The position numbers and the translations under genes were made by a program. 64,000 nt of DNA from the NCBI GenBank assembly GCA_051362555.1, contig CM120640.1, positions 4,154,001 to 4,218,000 on the forward strand, in the 5' to 3' direction. A model generated the notes under the pieces. That model had not been told where the DNA came from. It searched no databases and was given only the letters and a program-made list of their open reading frames with translations. Positions within the stretch are counted from its first letter, which is position 1. Every line of letters starts with the position of its first letter. Shown in pieces: positions 25,501 to 40,100 of this stretch. The DNA is from Lingula anatina (lineage: Eukaryota > Animalia > Brachiopoda).

Positions 25501-28500
25501 ACCGCCCGAGCTGCCCAGTCTAAAGGCAGCACAGCAAGCAGGACACATAGGTCCAGACAAGAGAAGTTAGTAATATTTTTAGATGTTTGACCTAATATTC
25601 AATTATTTACTTAAATTAAGATATACACACTGATGAAAAATATCATATGCATGTGTTGGTGATTGTGTTCCCTCTTTACTGTACATTCGTTTTTTCTCAG
25701 CTGATTGGGGTTTCTCAGTAGTTATAGAATATGGATATCTATGCATGTTTTGGTGTAGTAAAGTCACATACCAGTATGCACATATGCTAAAACTTCTTTC
25801 CTATGCTAAAACGACTTTCATTACCTTTCTTTGTGTTAATGGATTATTATCAGTGGCCTACATAGTAATGACTTAATTGTCTCTTGTTGTGCCTTTTGAA
25901 TGCATACAATCTCTTCAGTATAGTGTAGTTATCTTCACTCTCTCTATATCTGACTGTTCTGTTGTTTTATAGGGATTCAGATGAGAGGGATACATTTGCC
26001 AAAACCAGTTTATCTGCTGGCGTAATGCCGATACCTCGCTCTAAAATGTCCCATGTTCCTATCCCCAATCTACTTAGAAGTCAGCGCTTGCCTACATGGT
26101 ACATCTTAGAACCCTAACACTAATTAACCCAAAGAAATATTTATCTAAATTCCTAAATTTGCATTTGAGTTTTTTACAATGCTGATTTATCACTAACAAC
26201 GAATAATTTTTTTTTTTTTTTGACTAGATATCAGAAAGATGTTTTGACTTATAGCAATTTGATACCCTCATGTTTGCATAAATCTGGTGTAAAACCTTGA
26301 CACATAATTTATTTTTTTTAGAAGTCCGCTTTTTTCTGCTTTAAAAACCCTTTATCGGTGTCTTCATTACTAGTATATGCATGGTATTAAGCCAGACTAT
26401 AGATAATGTTACAATACCATGTTGAAACTAGAAAATGCTTCCTTTTAAGAATAATACCTTAATATCTATTTTATAGATGATTTTCATCTTCTCAATGAGT
26501 GAAATTGCTTTGTGGGAAAGGGAGGCCTTGTTATGTCGAAACAGGTGTTGGGATACTAAGAACCACGCTGGGAATTAGATATTGTGTGTCCCACTGCTAC
26601 AATAATGATAAGCAAGATGGAATTCCTGTCATGAGCATTAGTCATTTCCATGAAAGAGGAAAATCATCAATTAATACAATAAAAAAGATTCTCTTCTACC
26701 CTTAAATTTCCGATTTTAATTTTCAACCATTATTTTGCTTTGGTTTATAATCCTTGCTTGACATTTTGAATTCTTGTTTTCTTTCATTTTTCACTAATAT
26801 GTTATTGCCTTTGCATGCTTTCTAGGGATGAAATGCTTTTTTTTTTTTTCTTTAATAACATCTTCACATATTAGTCCATTAGATTACATCATAAGTAGTC
26901 TAAAAAAAGAAATAAGCCATGAAGTAGCTCTTTTTATTTTTAAAATGGTTAACTTAAAGTACGTTATTGTTCTTTACATGGAGGATTATAGTAAAGATAT
27001 CCTTTTTGATCAAGTAAAAGTCAACTGTACTTAATAGATATATTTTTATATGCCCCAATTCTTCAATATTGCTAATCCATGTGTTATATCCCCAGGCCCA
27101 GTGAGTACCCCAGCACACCCCCTCCCACCCCCCAGCTGTCCCTGCCTGCCATGCTGCCCCAGGACAGGGACAGGGGGGAGGCCCTGGTACACATCAAGGT
27201 ACAGCTGGTGGATAGGAAGTGCCCTGAGTTTGCTACCACTTACAACAAGGTGGGCTGTGTTTGGCTGAAGAAATTACAAATTTTTTATATTAATTATGTT
27301 GAAAATGTTACATGTAAATGTAGAAAGAATTACTAAAATGGGAAAACAGATGTAAATAGTATAGCCATATACAGGTACATACATCCAGGCACATTTTTGT
27401 GTTAAAAATGTAAAGCGCTAAAAACACTTGATATAAGGTTAAAAAATTTTGCAGGTTGTAAAAGAAAGGTTACGTGATGATTAAGCATGATATGTAAAGG
27501 CTTCTATTAATAAACATTAACAGAATATATCTCATACATTTCCAGACAAACCGTTTTATAGATGTTGACTTTAATGGCCTAGACACTACGGCCAATCTCA
27601 ACACCTGGGTGGTGGTGTTGGACTTCTTGGGGATGGGAGCCAAGATACATGACACAGAGGCTTATTCCGAGAAGACTGACCCAATGACCCCACCAGCAGC
27701 AGATACTGTTAGTGAAGAGTCAGGTACTACAGCATAATAAGGATTAAGTCTGGATAACTCTATGAATTTAAGTCTGTTATAATAATACTTTTTTGTTTTT
27801 TTTTTCAGAGATTTTTTACTACAGAAAGTTGTGCCTGTCTTCCTTCACTGAAAGTTACTGTGTTATTCCATGGCTGGCATTTATCTTTAAACATGTTTTG
27901 AACATTTTGCCAGTTCTCTAATCTCAGTTTTCAAAGAATAAAGCCAAATTTTCACTCCTTTTCAAACATAAATTTCTAATTGATATTCAAATAACCTCTG
28001 TATTAGGAGAAAAGGAAACAGTCAACTCTGAAATAGAACTGAAGGTGAAGAGCCTCAACCTCCTGCTGAACAAAAAAGAATATGAGCTTGCCAAGGCCAA
28101 CGTGTCCAACTTGAAGTGTCACCTGAAGCTGAGAGATGGTAACATGGCTGTTTGTGGTCAGCTGGGCAGTATGTCCTTGACTGACCAGTCACCTCATGGG
28201 GTGCTCTACAGGGAGAAGTTCATGACAACAGGGACACAGGCTCTGGACTTTGACATATTCAAGTAAGAGGAAATCCATTTGGAATGTGTAGTGCTAGGAT
28301 ATTCTATCAGAATATTTCAACAAGTTTGGTCTTTGTTGTTGAAGTGTTCACTTTGTGAGGGAAGTTTGCCATACGTTGACAATTTTGGGAATGTATGTAC
28401 TGATACCCAATTAAAATCACACATTATAAAGATGATGTACTCTGTTACAATATTATTTAACATGTTCTTCCCCTCCCTGCAGATATGGCACACCAGACCC

Positions 28501-31500
28501 GATGTTACGACGTGAGTTTGACCTGAGTGTGAAGCTCCGCATGGCCTCTGTACGCTACACGCACTCCCAGAGATTCATATCAGAAACCGTGGCATTTATT
28601 CAGCACTTCAACCAGATGCAGGAGGTGCTGGGGCGCATGAGAGCCTCCAGCTCTGGACAGAAGGTAATGATGAATTCTTCTACTAATATCAATCTTAAAA
28701 GTAATGTTTTATGTGCTTTGACATAATACAGGTGACAAGAGGGTAAGGCTGTAGATTGATCATCAGAATTCATATGTTAAATTCAATATCAGAAGTACTG
28801 ATTCAGAATTAAACTTAAAAGACTAATAAACAGCTAGACAAAAATATTATTTAGAACAGCCAGTTTAATTTACACAATCAGCATTACTAATAGTTAGATT
28901 TATAAATAATGTAGTTTGGTATTGTTTAGTAAAAACGTAAGGTGTAAAATTTGGGAAAGTTTCAAATTATGTTTTGAAATTTCGGAAAAGTTAGGCTGGG
29001 GCATATGTTCAGTTGATGATGTGGTATTTTCAAATCCTTCCAGATTGATGAGAAGGCATCTCGTGGTGGCAGAATGAAACTTGACATAGTGGCAGGTTCC
29101 CCAATCATTCTTATTCCTCACAGCTCTAAGACCACAGACATCTTGGTGGTAGACCTGGGCACACTCACTGTGAAGAACACTTTCAAGTTTGCTGACAATA
29201 CAGTGAAATCTGAGTTCACTCATAAAAAGAAAGAAAGGCATTCCTCTTCTAGCTCTGTGGGTGAAGAACCAAAAAACTCTACCCATTCCATGCCCCTGTC
29301 TCCAAAGAAAGCTGTTGACCCAATGTCCATGAGTATTTATGGGGGTTTGGACACAGATTGGAGGGAAGATACTATGGAAGCCACTGAATCTAGTGCAATA
29401 AGTGAATCTGCTCAAACAGCATCATCTACAAGTCCCAGGTGTAACTCATCAAAACCAAAGCTTGAGAAAAAGCCCTCACTCCAAAGACAAGACAGTGTGA
29501 ATGGCAGAAAGCTGGGGTGGATTCTCAACCCCCCGCCTTCCTATGAGGAGAGTGTGGAACACGTGTGTTTGTTGGATGTCCTGTCTATCAGCCTGGAGGA
29601 CATGGACCTGTACTCTGCTGAGAGGGTGGAGAAGGGGGAGTACAGCAGTAGTACACCACACCTGGACTTTGTTTTCAATACCTGTGTTATACAAAGACAG
29701 GTGAGTATGAGCTATCACATCTTAAATTACCTTCTGATAATTTTTAAAAAAAGGGACAGGCAAGGTTCCTGCTACGTTAGACATGTAAAAACATTATAAC
29801 TATTAAATAATGTTCAAGGTTGTTTTCATTGAAATGAAAGGGGTCAAACCACTGATTCAGAGAAATAAATCACAGCAAATTCTACAATTTTGCTTATCAA
29901 GAGTTGAAGATGTGTTAGTATTTGTAGAATATTCAATTATTTTTCTTAGACTAGGTCAATGTAATTAAAAAAACATTGTCTCTTGTATATGAAATTAGTA
30001 CACATTTTCTTTCCCTTCTTCAGGCGGTCAAGCTTCTGAAACAAAAATGTGCTCTGAACCTAGAAGTGGAAAGAAACCTGGATGGCGACCTCAGTCACAG
30101 TGTTCCAGATTTCAACATCAACGGCACCCTGTCCTCAGTTCACTGCTCTATAGATGTTAACCAATACAAGCTGGTCCGAGGGTTGTTGGATCACAACCTG
30201 GGGGAGGCTGTGGAGGAGTTCAAGAGACCATTGCTCACTGAAATGCAAGATCCTAAGAATATTGTAAGTGGAGTGACAAGGAGGTTGTATGGATTTTAGA
30301 CAAATTATGTTCTTGTGAAATATGTTAGATTAGTGTTATTCTGAGCAGACTGATGAATTTTTGTGGCAGGGAGTGAGATAGGTTTGAACCCGTGGTGCAA
30401 AGTGGAGATTGTTCAATATATTTCATAAAAATAAAACAGTGGCACTGATAATGATTGGTGGTTCAAAATTTAGATACTTACCATCAAATAAATATTCAAA
30501 TATTCATTATTTTCAGACTGTTTTGAGTGGCCATGTGTTCAAAGCCATTGCCATATGTATAGAGCTGAAGAATGTGAGCGTGGAGTTCCTGATGGCCCAT
30601 GAGCAGCCTGACTGTCCTGAGGTCTCTCTTGCCAGGCTGGACTTCATCAAATCCAAACTCTGCTTTGAAAGCTACTCAGATCAGACCAAAGATGTGGACT
30701 TGGTGTCTCATGAAATCAGAGCTTCTGATACAAGATTTAGAGGTAAGTTTTATATACAGAATACATGGGAGAATAGATAATAAATAATTTTGTTTTAGCC
30801 TACCTATGGTATAAAAAACCTGAAATAAAATTTGAATTCATTAATAGAAATTCATATTTATCACATACTGACTGTATTTGCGAAAATTACAAAATGGATT
30901 AAACACAAATGATTTGATTGGTCATTTGTTTTTCTAATCACAATGAAAAAAATTAGAAAACCAAATGATAATTGAAGGAATGTTTTAACTCTTTTATCTT
31001 AACCAATTTTAAGACTTCCCAGACAACCACAAATCCAGCATCTTCCAAGAAATTCTCCACCCGACACGCCACCAGGGAGAACACAGGGCTCTGCAGATGG
31101 AGCTCCATTACCGCTCCACCAAGGACGCTGTCCACTACACTGCACTGCTCAACAACATGAGATTGCTCTGTATATTTGACTGGCTGCTGGAGGTGCAGGA
31201 ATTCCTCTCCACCAGCCCCGAGGACCCCTTCAGCTCCAATTTTAGTGAGTATTTCTTCAAATTAGATATCAGTCAATAATGTGTGTCAGTTTATTTATTA
31301 GTAAGAGACTGGTAAAAGGTTGGAAAAATTTAAAATGTATCAGTAAATCACAACAAAATTGTTTTATTTCATGTACCTTGCCAGACAAGAGGCACCCCAG
31401 CCAGCATCAAGTAGCAGTGAGCATGGTGGATGGAATTGCCACAAAGAGGAAGCCACCTCAGTTTCAGGTAATGCACTTATTTAATAGGATTTTTTTCCAC

Positions 31501-34085
31501 ATTACTGGTAAAGTGATGGAAATATGGACACTTGTAAATTGTTTATTGCAATAATACCCTGTGTAGTGCATTTTGTATACATAAAAATATGTCAGTTGTT
31601 ATTTTGAAATGTTTTGGTCTGCTTTTTTTACAGGAACAGAAACCGATGGATTTGAAACTGAATATCACAGAGACAGAGTTTGTGGTGGTGGAGAATATGA
31701 CCACATGGGACACTAAGGCAGTCATTTTGAAGGTACGCAGTAGTCAACTTTTGAATATTTTTTATAACTCTAGACAAGGACCTTCAGAGAAATGTGTTTC
31801 TTTACTGACCTTCCAGTGTCAAAAAATAACCTTCTTGACAATAGTTGAATGGAACTACATGTCATTTTGCCTACCAATAAGGTACCAATGCCAATAACAT
31901 GTAGCAAGGCTGTTGCAACATTAATTTTAAAATTGTACCTTGTACCTGAACTCTGCAGCCTTATAAGCATATTATTTTTATGTACAGACACAGATGTGTC
32001 TGTACATATAGCCATCATCTGCGTCTGTCGTCGCCGTCATCGCCGTCGTGCACTTTTACCGATAACATGATAAGTGGAACACCGTTTTTGCTTTTGGCTT
32101 GAAACTTACAGAACTGGTGAATATTCCTAATACGCAGGTCAAGTTCGAAAATCAGCATGATCGGGCCATTTTTAGGGAAGTTATGCTGTTTTTTCACTTT
32201 TTTCAGCATATATGCAGCACCGATAACACGATAAGTGGAAAACCATTTTACTTTTTGGCTTGAAACTTACAAAACTGATGAATATTCATAATCCGCAGGT
32301 CAAGTTCGAAAATCAGCATGATCGGGTCATTTTTAGGGAAGTTACACTGTTTTTTCACTTTTCTCAGCATATATGCAACACCGATAACACGATAAGTGAA
32401 ATAACATTTTACCTTTTGGCTTAAAACTAACAGAACTGATGGATATTCATAATACGCAGGTCAAGTTCAAAAATCAGCATGATCGGGCCTTTATTTTAGA
32501 AGTTATGCTGTTTTTTCACATTTCCTCAGATTCAATTATTAGGCATGTGAACAGTCTCATTATTTAACTAATAAGATACGTAAAAGTGTTTGTTTGATAT
32601 TTCCTGCATCTTTACAACATTGTTTATTGATTGTGTAAAAATGATGGTAAACTTGTTATCATGTATTGTGTAATAAAGTGTCAAAAATGGTAATAAACTC
32701 ATCATTGCAGTTTGTCAGATTCAATCATCCACTATGTTCAGAATCTCAGAATGGAGGAAATTGGACATTAAACACTGTTCTATTGATATTTTTCCCATCT
32801 CATCAATTTTCTTAGTTGGTCATATAAAAATGGCAACAAACTGTTTATTTTGTTTTATGTTAAAAAAATGTTAAAAATGGAAATAAACCCATTTCAGAAC
32901 AGTGCTGTCTTGTTCACATTTTGGCATTTTTAAGATGTGACTTTGAAGTTTCATGAGCCTGCAGACCTTTGCTAATCACATTTTCTGAATATCCATGATA
33001 CTAATATTTTATGATTAAAAATTGATGGTCATTATGCTGTTAAACATTATGTAATATTGCATCAAAATTTGAAGAAACCCCTATTTTGGGCACTGCTCCC
33101 ATGATGACCATTTAAGAAAAACCATGTCACTTACTGTTTTCAAACTTACAGGAAAGAAACATGGGGCTAAAATACAGCTTCAGTAGGCAATGCAGTCTGT
33201 TTGGTAATTTTTTCTGTCATGAAAAACCGTGTTATGACTGTCAAACCTTTAAAAAAGAAACACAGGACTAAAATGCAGAATGAGTTGGAAAAGCAGTCTA
33301 ATTGGCTTCTTTTTCTGGAAGTTATACATTTGAGTGAAATATTCATTATCTTTTTGGCATATTCATTGTGGGACTCGGAGCTCCCATGGACATGAAGCCG
33401 AATGGTAATCAAATTTTCTACATGTCCATGCTATTTATTGTCAATAATCAAAGATTGGTGATAATTATTCTATAATTTATTATGTAATGTTACATCAAAA
33501 TTGACAACAATATTTTTGCAAACATTATGAAAAGAAAACTGTGTTACTTATTGTTATTTTTAACTTACAAGTATGATTTTTAGGATTGGCATGCAGTTCA
33601 AATTAGAAAGGCAGGTCAATTGGGTTATCATTTATTATTGAATTTATGCAATTTTGTGTGAAATTTTCATTTTTCTCATTCTGGCACTTTCTAAGTATAA
33701 AATTGAACTCTGATGGGCCTGAAACCTTATGCTTTTACTTTTGTCGTTGTTACCTGTTGTGCATAATTAAAATTTGATGTTGGCTGTGCAGTAAAACATA
33801 ATGTATTATTGCATCAGAATTGGTAGTCTCCTATTTGGTGCATTATTGTTTTGTGCTTTTCTTAAGATGTGACTTATGGGCCTGAAAGACCTTTGAGAGG
33901 GTCAGTATGTTAATATCCCTTGGGTATCACTTAGCCTAATTTCTGAGTTATAAAGTCATTTGCCTAATTGAGAAGCCATTAAAGGAGATTACGTAAAGCA
34001 CACTTGTTGATATTTCCTTGTAAACTCCCAAAAGTTAAGCTCTCTGCTAGATTAATAATAAATAAGCAGTGATAATTATGCAGGT

Positions 34086-34162
<77 letters not shown>

Positions 34163-37100
34163 CAAAGATTAAAAGTTTGAATAGCAGCTTCATTGAAATT
34201 ATATTTACATATAATCTGCCTAGGAGGTTATATTTTCACCCCTGTTTGTCTGTCATCAACATAACTCAAAAAGTTATGGACCGATTTTGCTGAAATTTTT
34301 AGGAACTGTCAGAATTGGGCCAAAGAGGACAATGATTAGTTTTTAGTGGTGGTCTGGCTCAATAATCAATCAATAATCAACAATAATCAATTGCTGCCTT
34401 GGCAGAGGTCTGCACTCTTGGTGGTTTTCTAGTTTTGTTATGTTTTCCTTTACAATTTTTTCTCAAACACTTGCATTTGTGACTTTTAACTCTCACCCGC
34501 TCAAGGCTCTGCACATTTTCTGTATTTCCACATAAGCAATTGTATTTTTTTTTATGTCTTTAAACATTTAAAATTATTTTATGCACTGTCATCATTTTTC
34601 AAATATTGAGACTTTCATCATGTGACTATAGTCTCTCATGGTCCTGAAACTGTAATCTTATCGAAGGGGTGGATTGAGACCATCTTCTGGGTCTTCTTGA
34701 AGACAGGTTATTAAGTTTATATTGACTGGTATCTATTTTTTTCTGTTGGAAGACCATCAAAATGGAGGATGGATCAACATAGATACTTTGGAATACTGTC
34801 AGAAAATATCTCAGGGTCCGCTCCTGTTATTGACCATGTTACCTGTTGTGCATGATTAAAATTCAGTGTTGACTGACAGTGCTATTATAAGCATTATTTA
34901 TTATTGCATCAAAATTGACAAATTGACCTTTTTTTGCATCTTTATTTTCTGTTTTTTGTCTGTACATTTGACAGCTTTGCTGCCTTGTTTCTTTTCTGAA
35001 GAGCACAGCAGTATTATCCTACAGATCAGCCACAGAGAGGCCCCTGTCCTGTAGCCTACAGAGCCTAGAGGTGTTCTCCTGTACACTGAATGCAGAGAAT
35101 GAGACTGCCCTCTCTATCATAGACCCTATGACAGTGTCCATTGAGCTGAGTGGGACAGGGAGGAGGGGGGACAGTGGGGCACATGGCCTGGCTGATGCTG
35201 CTGTAGATGACAGACCTCCTGTGTTAGAGGTATGTACCTGGGAGTGAATTGTAATGAACCTTTTAGGAAAGAAATGAAGATTGGATCATGTGATGTGACC
35301 GTGGGTGAATCTGATTCATAAATCTGCTTTGATTGATTTAAAGAAATAGTAAAAATTATTTTCTTTGAGTTAAATTATGTATCTAGGTTCTGCTATCTTA
35401 TTTCTGCAATGCTTTCAGAACTCGATGATTTTAAAATGCATATGTATATAATCATGCAATCTTGTATCCTATACAGGTCGGCTTCAGTACATTAAACATC
35501 AGGTTGTCATACAATGACCTGAAGTTGTTTCTTGCCATCATTAACTCTGTGCCAGAGCAGGCGTACCAAGCCAAGAAAAGCAAGAGTGACCTGGCTATCA
35601 CAGCAGACACAATACCAGCTGAGTCTAAATATTCAGGTAAGTCTGAGGTCAAAAGTGCTTATTAAACAGTTTTTGAATCTCTGTTTATAAAAAATAATCT
35701 TTAAAAATCTTAGTATTATCAAATTGCTCCAGTTACAGGACTCTCTTGTTGGAAGTTGAACAGCATAGTTTGATACTTTCTATCCTATCTAACTCTGCCA
35801 TGTAGAATAAGTGACAAATATTATCTGGACTAAATATTCCGGTGAGAAAATTCTGTATAGAATGACATTGGTTTGAAAAAGAAATAAAACTCATCAGTTT
35901 CTTTTCCAGTGGAAGCTTTCCAGTCCCTGCACAATCTAGGTTTCAAGTACATTGACTGTGAGCTGGCATTACAGGAGTGCGGAGGGAAGCTGGATGATGC
36001 TGCCCTCTGGCTTACAACCAATGCTGAACCGGTGAGGAAGGCAAAAAGTGGAGAGAAGAAAGATGATGGCCAGCTAGGAGGCATGAACATTTCTGGAGTA
36101 GAGGTGAGTTTTATTATCTCAGTTATAATATAATCAGTAATCATGATGATTTTTAGATTTAAAAATTTAAGATTAAAGATTAAAATCTTAAGTATAAAAT
36201 GAAGTACAAATTATCTGGAATGAAATAAACTCAAACAGTTATTTCTGTACATATCATATTTTATATATTACTAATATACAATATTTTAAACTCTTGACAT
36301 ACATTTTTATGGTTTTAGCTATCTTAAAGATATCCAGAAGATTCTTGCTGCAGCAATGTTTGGTTTGTTTTGTTTGTTTTGTACAGAAATCCTTCATAAA
36401 TTAATGTCAATTTTTGTACCTATGTTGCTGAAAGCAGGCAGTATCTGTTTGGTCTGTTTAGTACAGAAATCCCTCATATATTAATGTGTATTTTTTGTAC
36501 CCCTGTAGCTGAAGGCAAACAGTATCTGTCTGTGTCTGATTGATGATTGTCTGGATGCTGATGTGCCTCTTACAGAGTTCACCATCTCAGGTGAGGTCAC
36601 TGTTAGTGTTACACTTGGATGCTGTTTATTTGAGAATCAGTGATACTGTATCTGACTGGAGTTGTTTTAATTATAAATTTGTTTCAAAGAAACAATGTTA
36701 TTTAAAGAATGATTACATTGGTTTTGATTGATCTATTGATTGAAGAATTATATAAAGCCAAAGTGTAAAATTTGACCTTTTTTCACCAGGTTTTTCAGTA
36801 TAACTCATAATTTATTTTTGATTGCAGGTTTATCAGTTCTTCAGACCTTGAGAAACAAGTTGACAGGAAAGGCCAACTTTGCCTTAGCAGCTGATTACTA
36901 CAACAGAAAACTTTCAGGCTGGGAGCCATTTATTGAGAGTTGGAAGTGAGTTGTTTGTAAACTCCAAATTACCAATGGTGTCTTTGAAGACATGGCTACT
37001 ATACTGTATAACCTTGAATGGTTGAAATAAAACCTTAATATTTCTTCTTCATGTTTTTATAGCATTTCTGTATTTAATTCAAATATTTTTTTAAAATTTC

Positions 37101-40100
37101 AGTTGCACTGTGGAATGGCAGCAACATATGTACCATGAGACCCCTGAAGACAACAGTTTGACTGTATCAGTGTCGGGTAAGTAGCTGAATAATTTAATGA
37201 CCAGTGTGTTTTCTTGAAATACTGATTTAATTGAATTTTATATTTGGTGGTTTTGAGTACAATAACAATAGCATACAAAGAGAACAAAAGCTCTTTTTTT
37301 ACACTTAAAAAATCTTTGTTTTACCCATGGGAGGTATTTTGATGTGCAATCAACCACCTTCATCACAAATGCAACACGGGTGGCAAGTCTAACTTTATGA
37401 ACAAATGCTTCAAAGGTATTTTTGTCTTTCACCAGCATTTAACCCTTTGAATATCAACCTGACCAGTCCACTGTTAGACCTGTATAAGAAAACCAAGGTG
37501 AAGTGGACTGAGGATTACTATAAAACTGAAAGGTTGGTGGCCATTAAGTGCATAACTTTTATCATAGGAAGAATGTACTTCACTGAACATTAGTCATATT
37601 GAGTTGTTTATTTGTTAGAAAATGACAATTTTCACAAAGTAATGATTTTCATCCTGCATTGAAAGTAGTGCTTCATGGAACCCTTTGCTTACCTTCTGTT
37701 TGGTTGTCTTTAGTCCTCAAGACATGCCCTCTGCTGGAAAGAGAAGAGTCCCTTTTGTACCCTATGGACTGAAGAATCTGACTGGATGCAAGCTGCAGTT
37801 TGGCACGACAACTGATATGACTGATAGGTGAGGACACACCTGTATAATTCAGGAAAATCTAAAGATATTCGCTGAAATTTTAAAGAAACATGAAGTCAGA
37901 AATGGGACTCGGTGCAAAAAACTGCACCTGTGCAAAGTATTGTAGTCTGAATTGTTTTTGTTTTTCTTATACTTCTTCCAGTAATTTTCTTACCTTCAAA
38001 TGTTATTGTTTCCAGCTGGGGCAGAACCACATATCTGGGTGGCGCCATCTACAACTGGAGAACAGTTATGCCTGGAGATGAAGTGTCATTTCTGTTTGAG
38101 GAAAAGGGAAAGATGAGACATCAGGTAGAGAAATATTTTTTCTTTGCTTTGTAGGCATTGTCTGTGTTAAAATAGTGAACACATGTTAGTTGCAGTAGCA
38201 TTTATTACTACTGTATGATTGCATACTTTTGAAATAGCATGCAGAATCAACATAAATAACAAAATTAAACTTAATTTTCAATTGGAGCAAACACTATAAT
38301 TTTCAAAATCCTGTTAATGTCAAAAGATTGTATGCATAATTGCATTTCTTTTCTGTCATTTGTACCTGTATTATCCTTTTTAACCTTGCCAATTTTCAAC
38401 TTTGCTCTTTGTCTCTCTCCTTCTTCTGACCCCATGTTGACCTAGGTGTGATCCCTTTGGAGGAAATCTTATTCAGTTGATGCTGACTAACTTTTGTTTT
38501 GTTCTAGAAAACTCACGAGCTGAAAGTCCACCAGATTGTAGTGAAGGTGGATGGATGGAAGACAGCTAGTCCAGTATCAGTGGATAAAGTGGGGACGTAC
38601 TTCAGGAATGCTGATGCCGAAGTGAATACATCCTCCAGTTTGGTAAGTCAGTTGTTATAGAGACAACTGCACATAATTGTTCATATAGGGTGGTTAGGTG
38701 ACTCAGGACACATGGTGAATTTATGTATATTTGCAGGTCTTGGTTCGGAGGGTTACAAAGACTGGCACTTTTGGTCAGAAAAGTCTCCTCTGAATCAAAA
38801 TTTATTCTTGATACCATGACATTACTAAATTTGGGTCAACTAATGGTTTAAAAAAAATGAAGAATTAAAAAAAAAACTATTATCAAACTGCTGGCCACAG
38901 GCTACTTCAATTCTTCTATCTTATCTAGAAATTTTTAAAAAGTAATCCAATTTTTGGTGTGGATTGGCTTATTATCTCTCTCTATTCTCTTCTTATTTTG
39001 TGATCATGGCTGTTACATTAGTAATATTTGTACCTCCAGTTTAAAGACCTGCCCACAGCCAGGCTGGTGTTTGACATCAAGATAGTGGGCAGTGCAAAGA
39101 AGGTGATCACAGTGAGATCTGCTCTGAAGATGGTGAACAGGCTGGAAGATGTGGTGGAAATACAGGTCCACAATATGCTGAACAACACTGGTGTGTACAT
39201 AGTCATCATCTTCATGCAGGGTTGCATATTAAAGACTATAGACTGTTAGTGTTATATATAATTTAGAATATTGCTCAAGGTACCAGTTGACAGAATTTTA
39301 CCCTTCATCAGAAATGTTAAATTTTTTTTACTGCTGTGTTACTATAATAACCCTGTAATTACCAAACACGTTATATTTTCATACTTGCAGAGAAGCCCCA
39401 CATCTTCTCCCTGGACCCAGGCTGCCCCCTGTACATCCCTGTACCCCTGGTCCACTGCCGTCTCCACGCACGTCCCCGCGGCTGGAGTATGGCCTACTGT
39501 CAGAAACCCATCTACTGGACACATGTCCAGAAACCAGGCGAGGTCAGGGACAGCTTGAGGAGCTGTCATACTGTCAATGGAGAGGGCATATACAGGTATG
39601 AATGTCACTATGATTCTGTGACTTTTGTAAAGAGAAGTTATTTGATACCCAACTTGTGTGGTACCATGGAAGTCATGTGAGATTTTAGAAAAATGTTAGA
39701 CTGAAATATTTAATAAGAAAGATTATATTCAAAAAGACAGGTCGGAACTCGATTACAGAAAGACAAAGGCCTATAATGCTGTACAAAATTCTTCCAGATT
39801 CTGTGTTGAAGTTAAGAAGGAAAACTTCCCCATGGACTACGCCACTAAAAAGACAGACACCATGGCTGAGGTGTTCATGCATCCTGGACACACCCTGACA
39901 CTAGTGCCACCTACTGTCATTGTTAACCTACTCCCCATAGAGCTACAGTACTACATTAAAGGCACTCAGATCAAGGGAGCCATCAAACCTGGGAAAGAGA
40001 AACCTTTATTTGCTGTAAGATGCGTTGATTTAAATATTGTTTTGAATATATTTAGAGCCATTTCTAAGCTCCTATTTATGGACAATCAAAGTGAATGTAG

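Larger units (their letters stand above)
31975..34990 (+). mobile_element. Second HINE-type family element filling most of a VPS13D intron
   Basis: 5' perfect hairpin TATGTACAGACACA-ga-TGTGTCTGTACATA; (CGT)n-like microsatellite; 161-bp tandem repeat x3 (32059, 32220, 32381); degenerate internal repeats; matching 3' subTIR TGTCTGTACAT (~34957-34967), hairpin GACAGC-ttt-GCTGCC and CTTGTT end. Confidence 0.7.

Noticed and set aside
26477-26705. Further exon-like stretch after a tttatag acceptor
   Set aside because: In the required phase it stops immediately (A TGA) and has no compatible donor; an alternative terminal exon is unsupported without RNA data.
34069-34293. ORF with IYIY repeat
   Set aside because: Artefact of the (TA)n microsatellite.
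38738-38792. Possible cassette exon after tttgcag
   Set aside because: In-frame stop and no phase-compatible donor.
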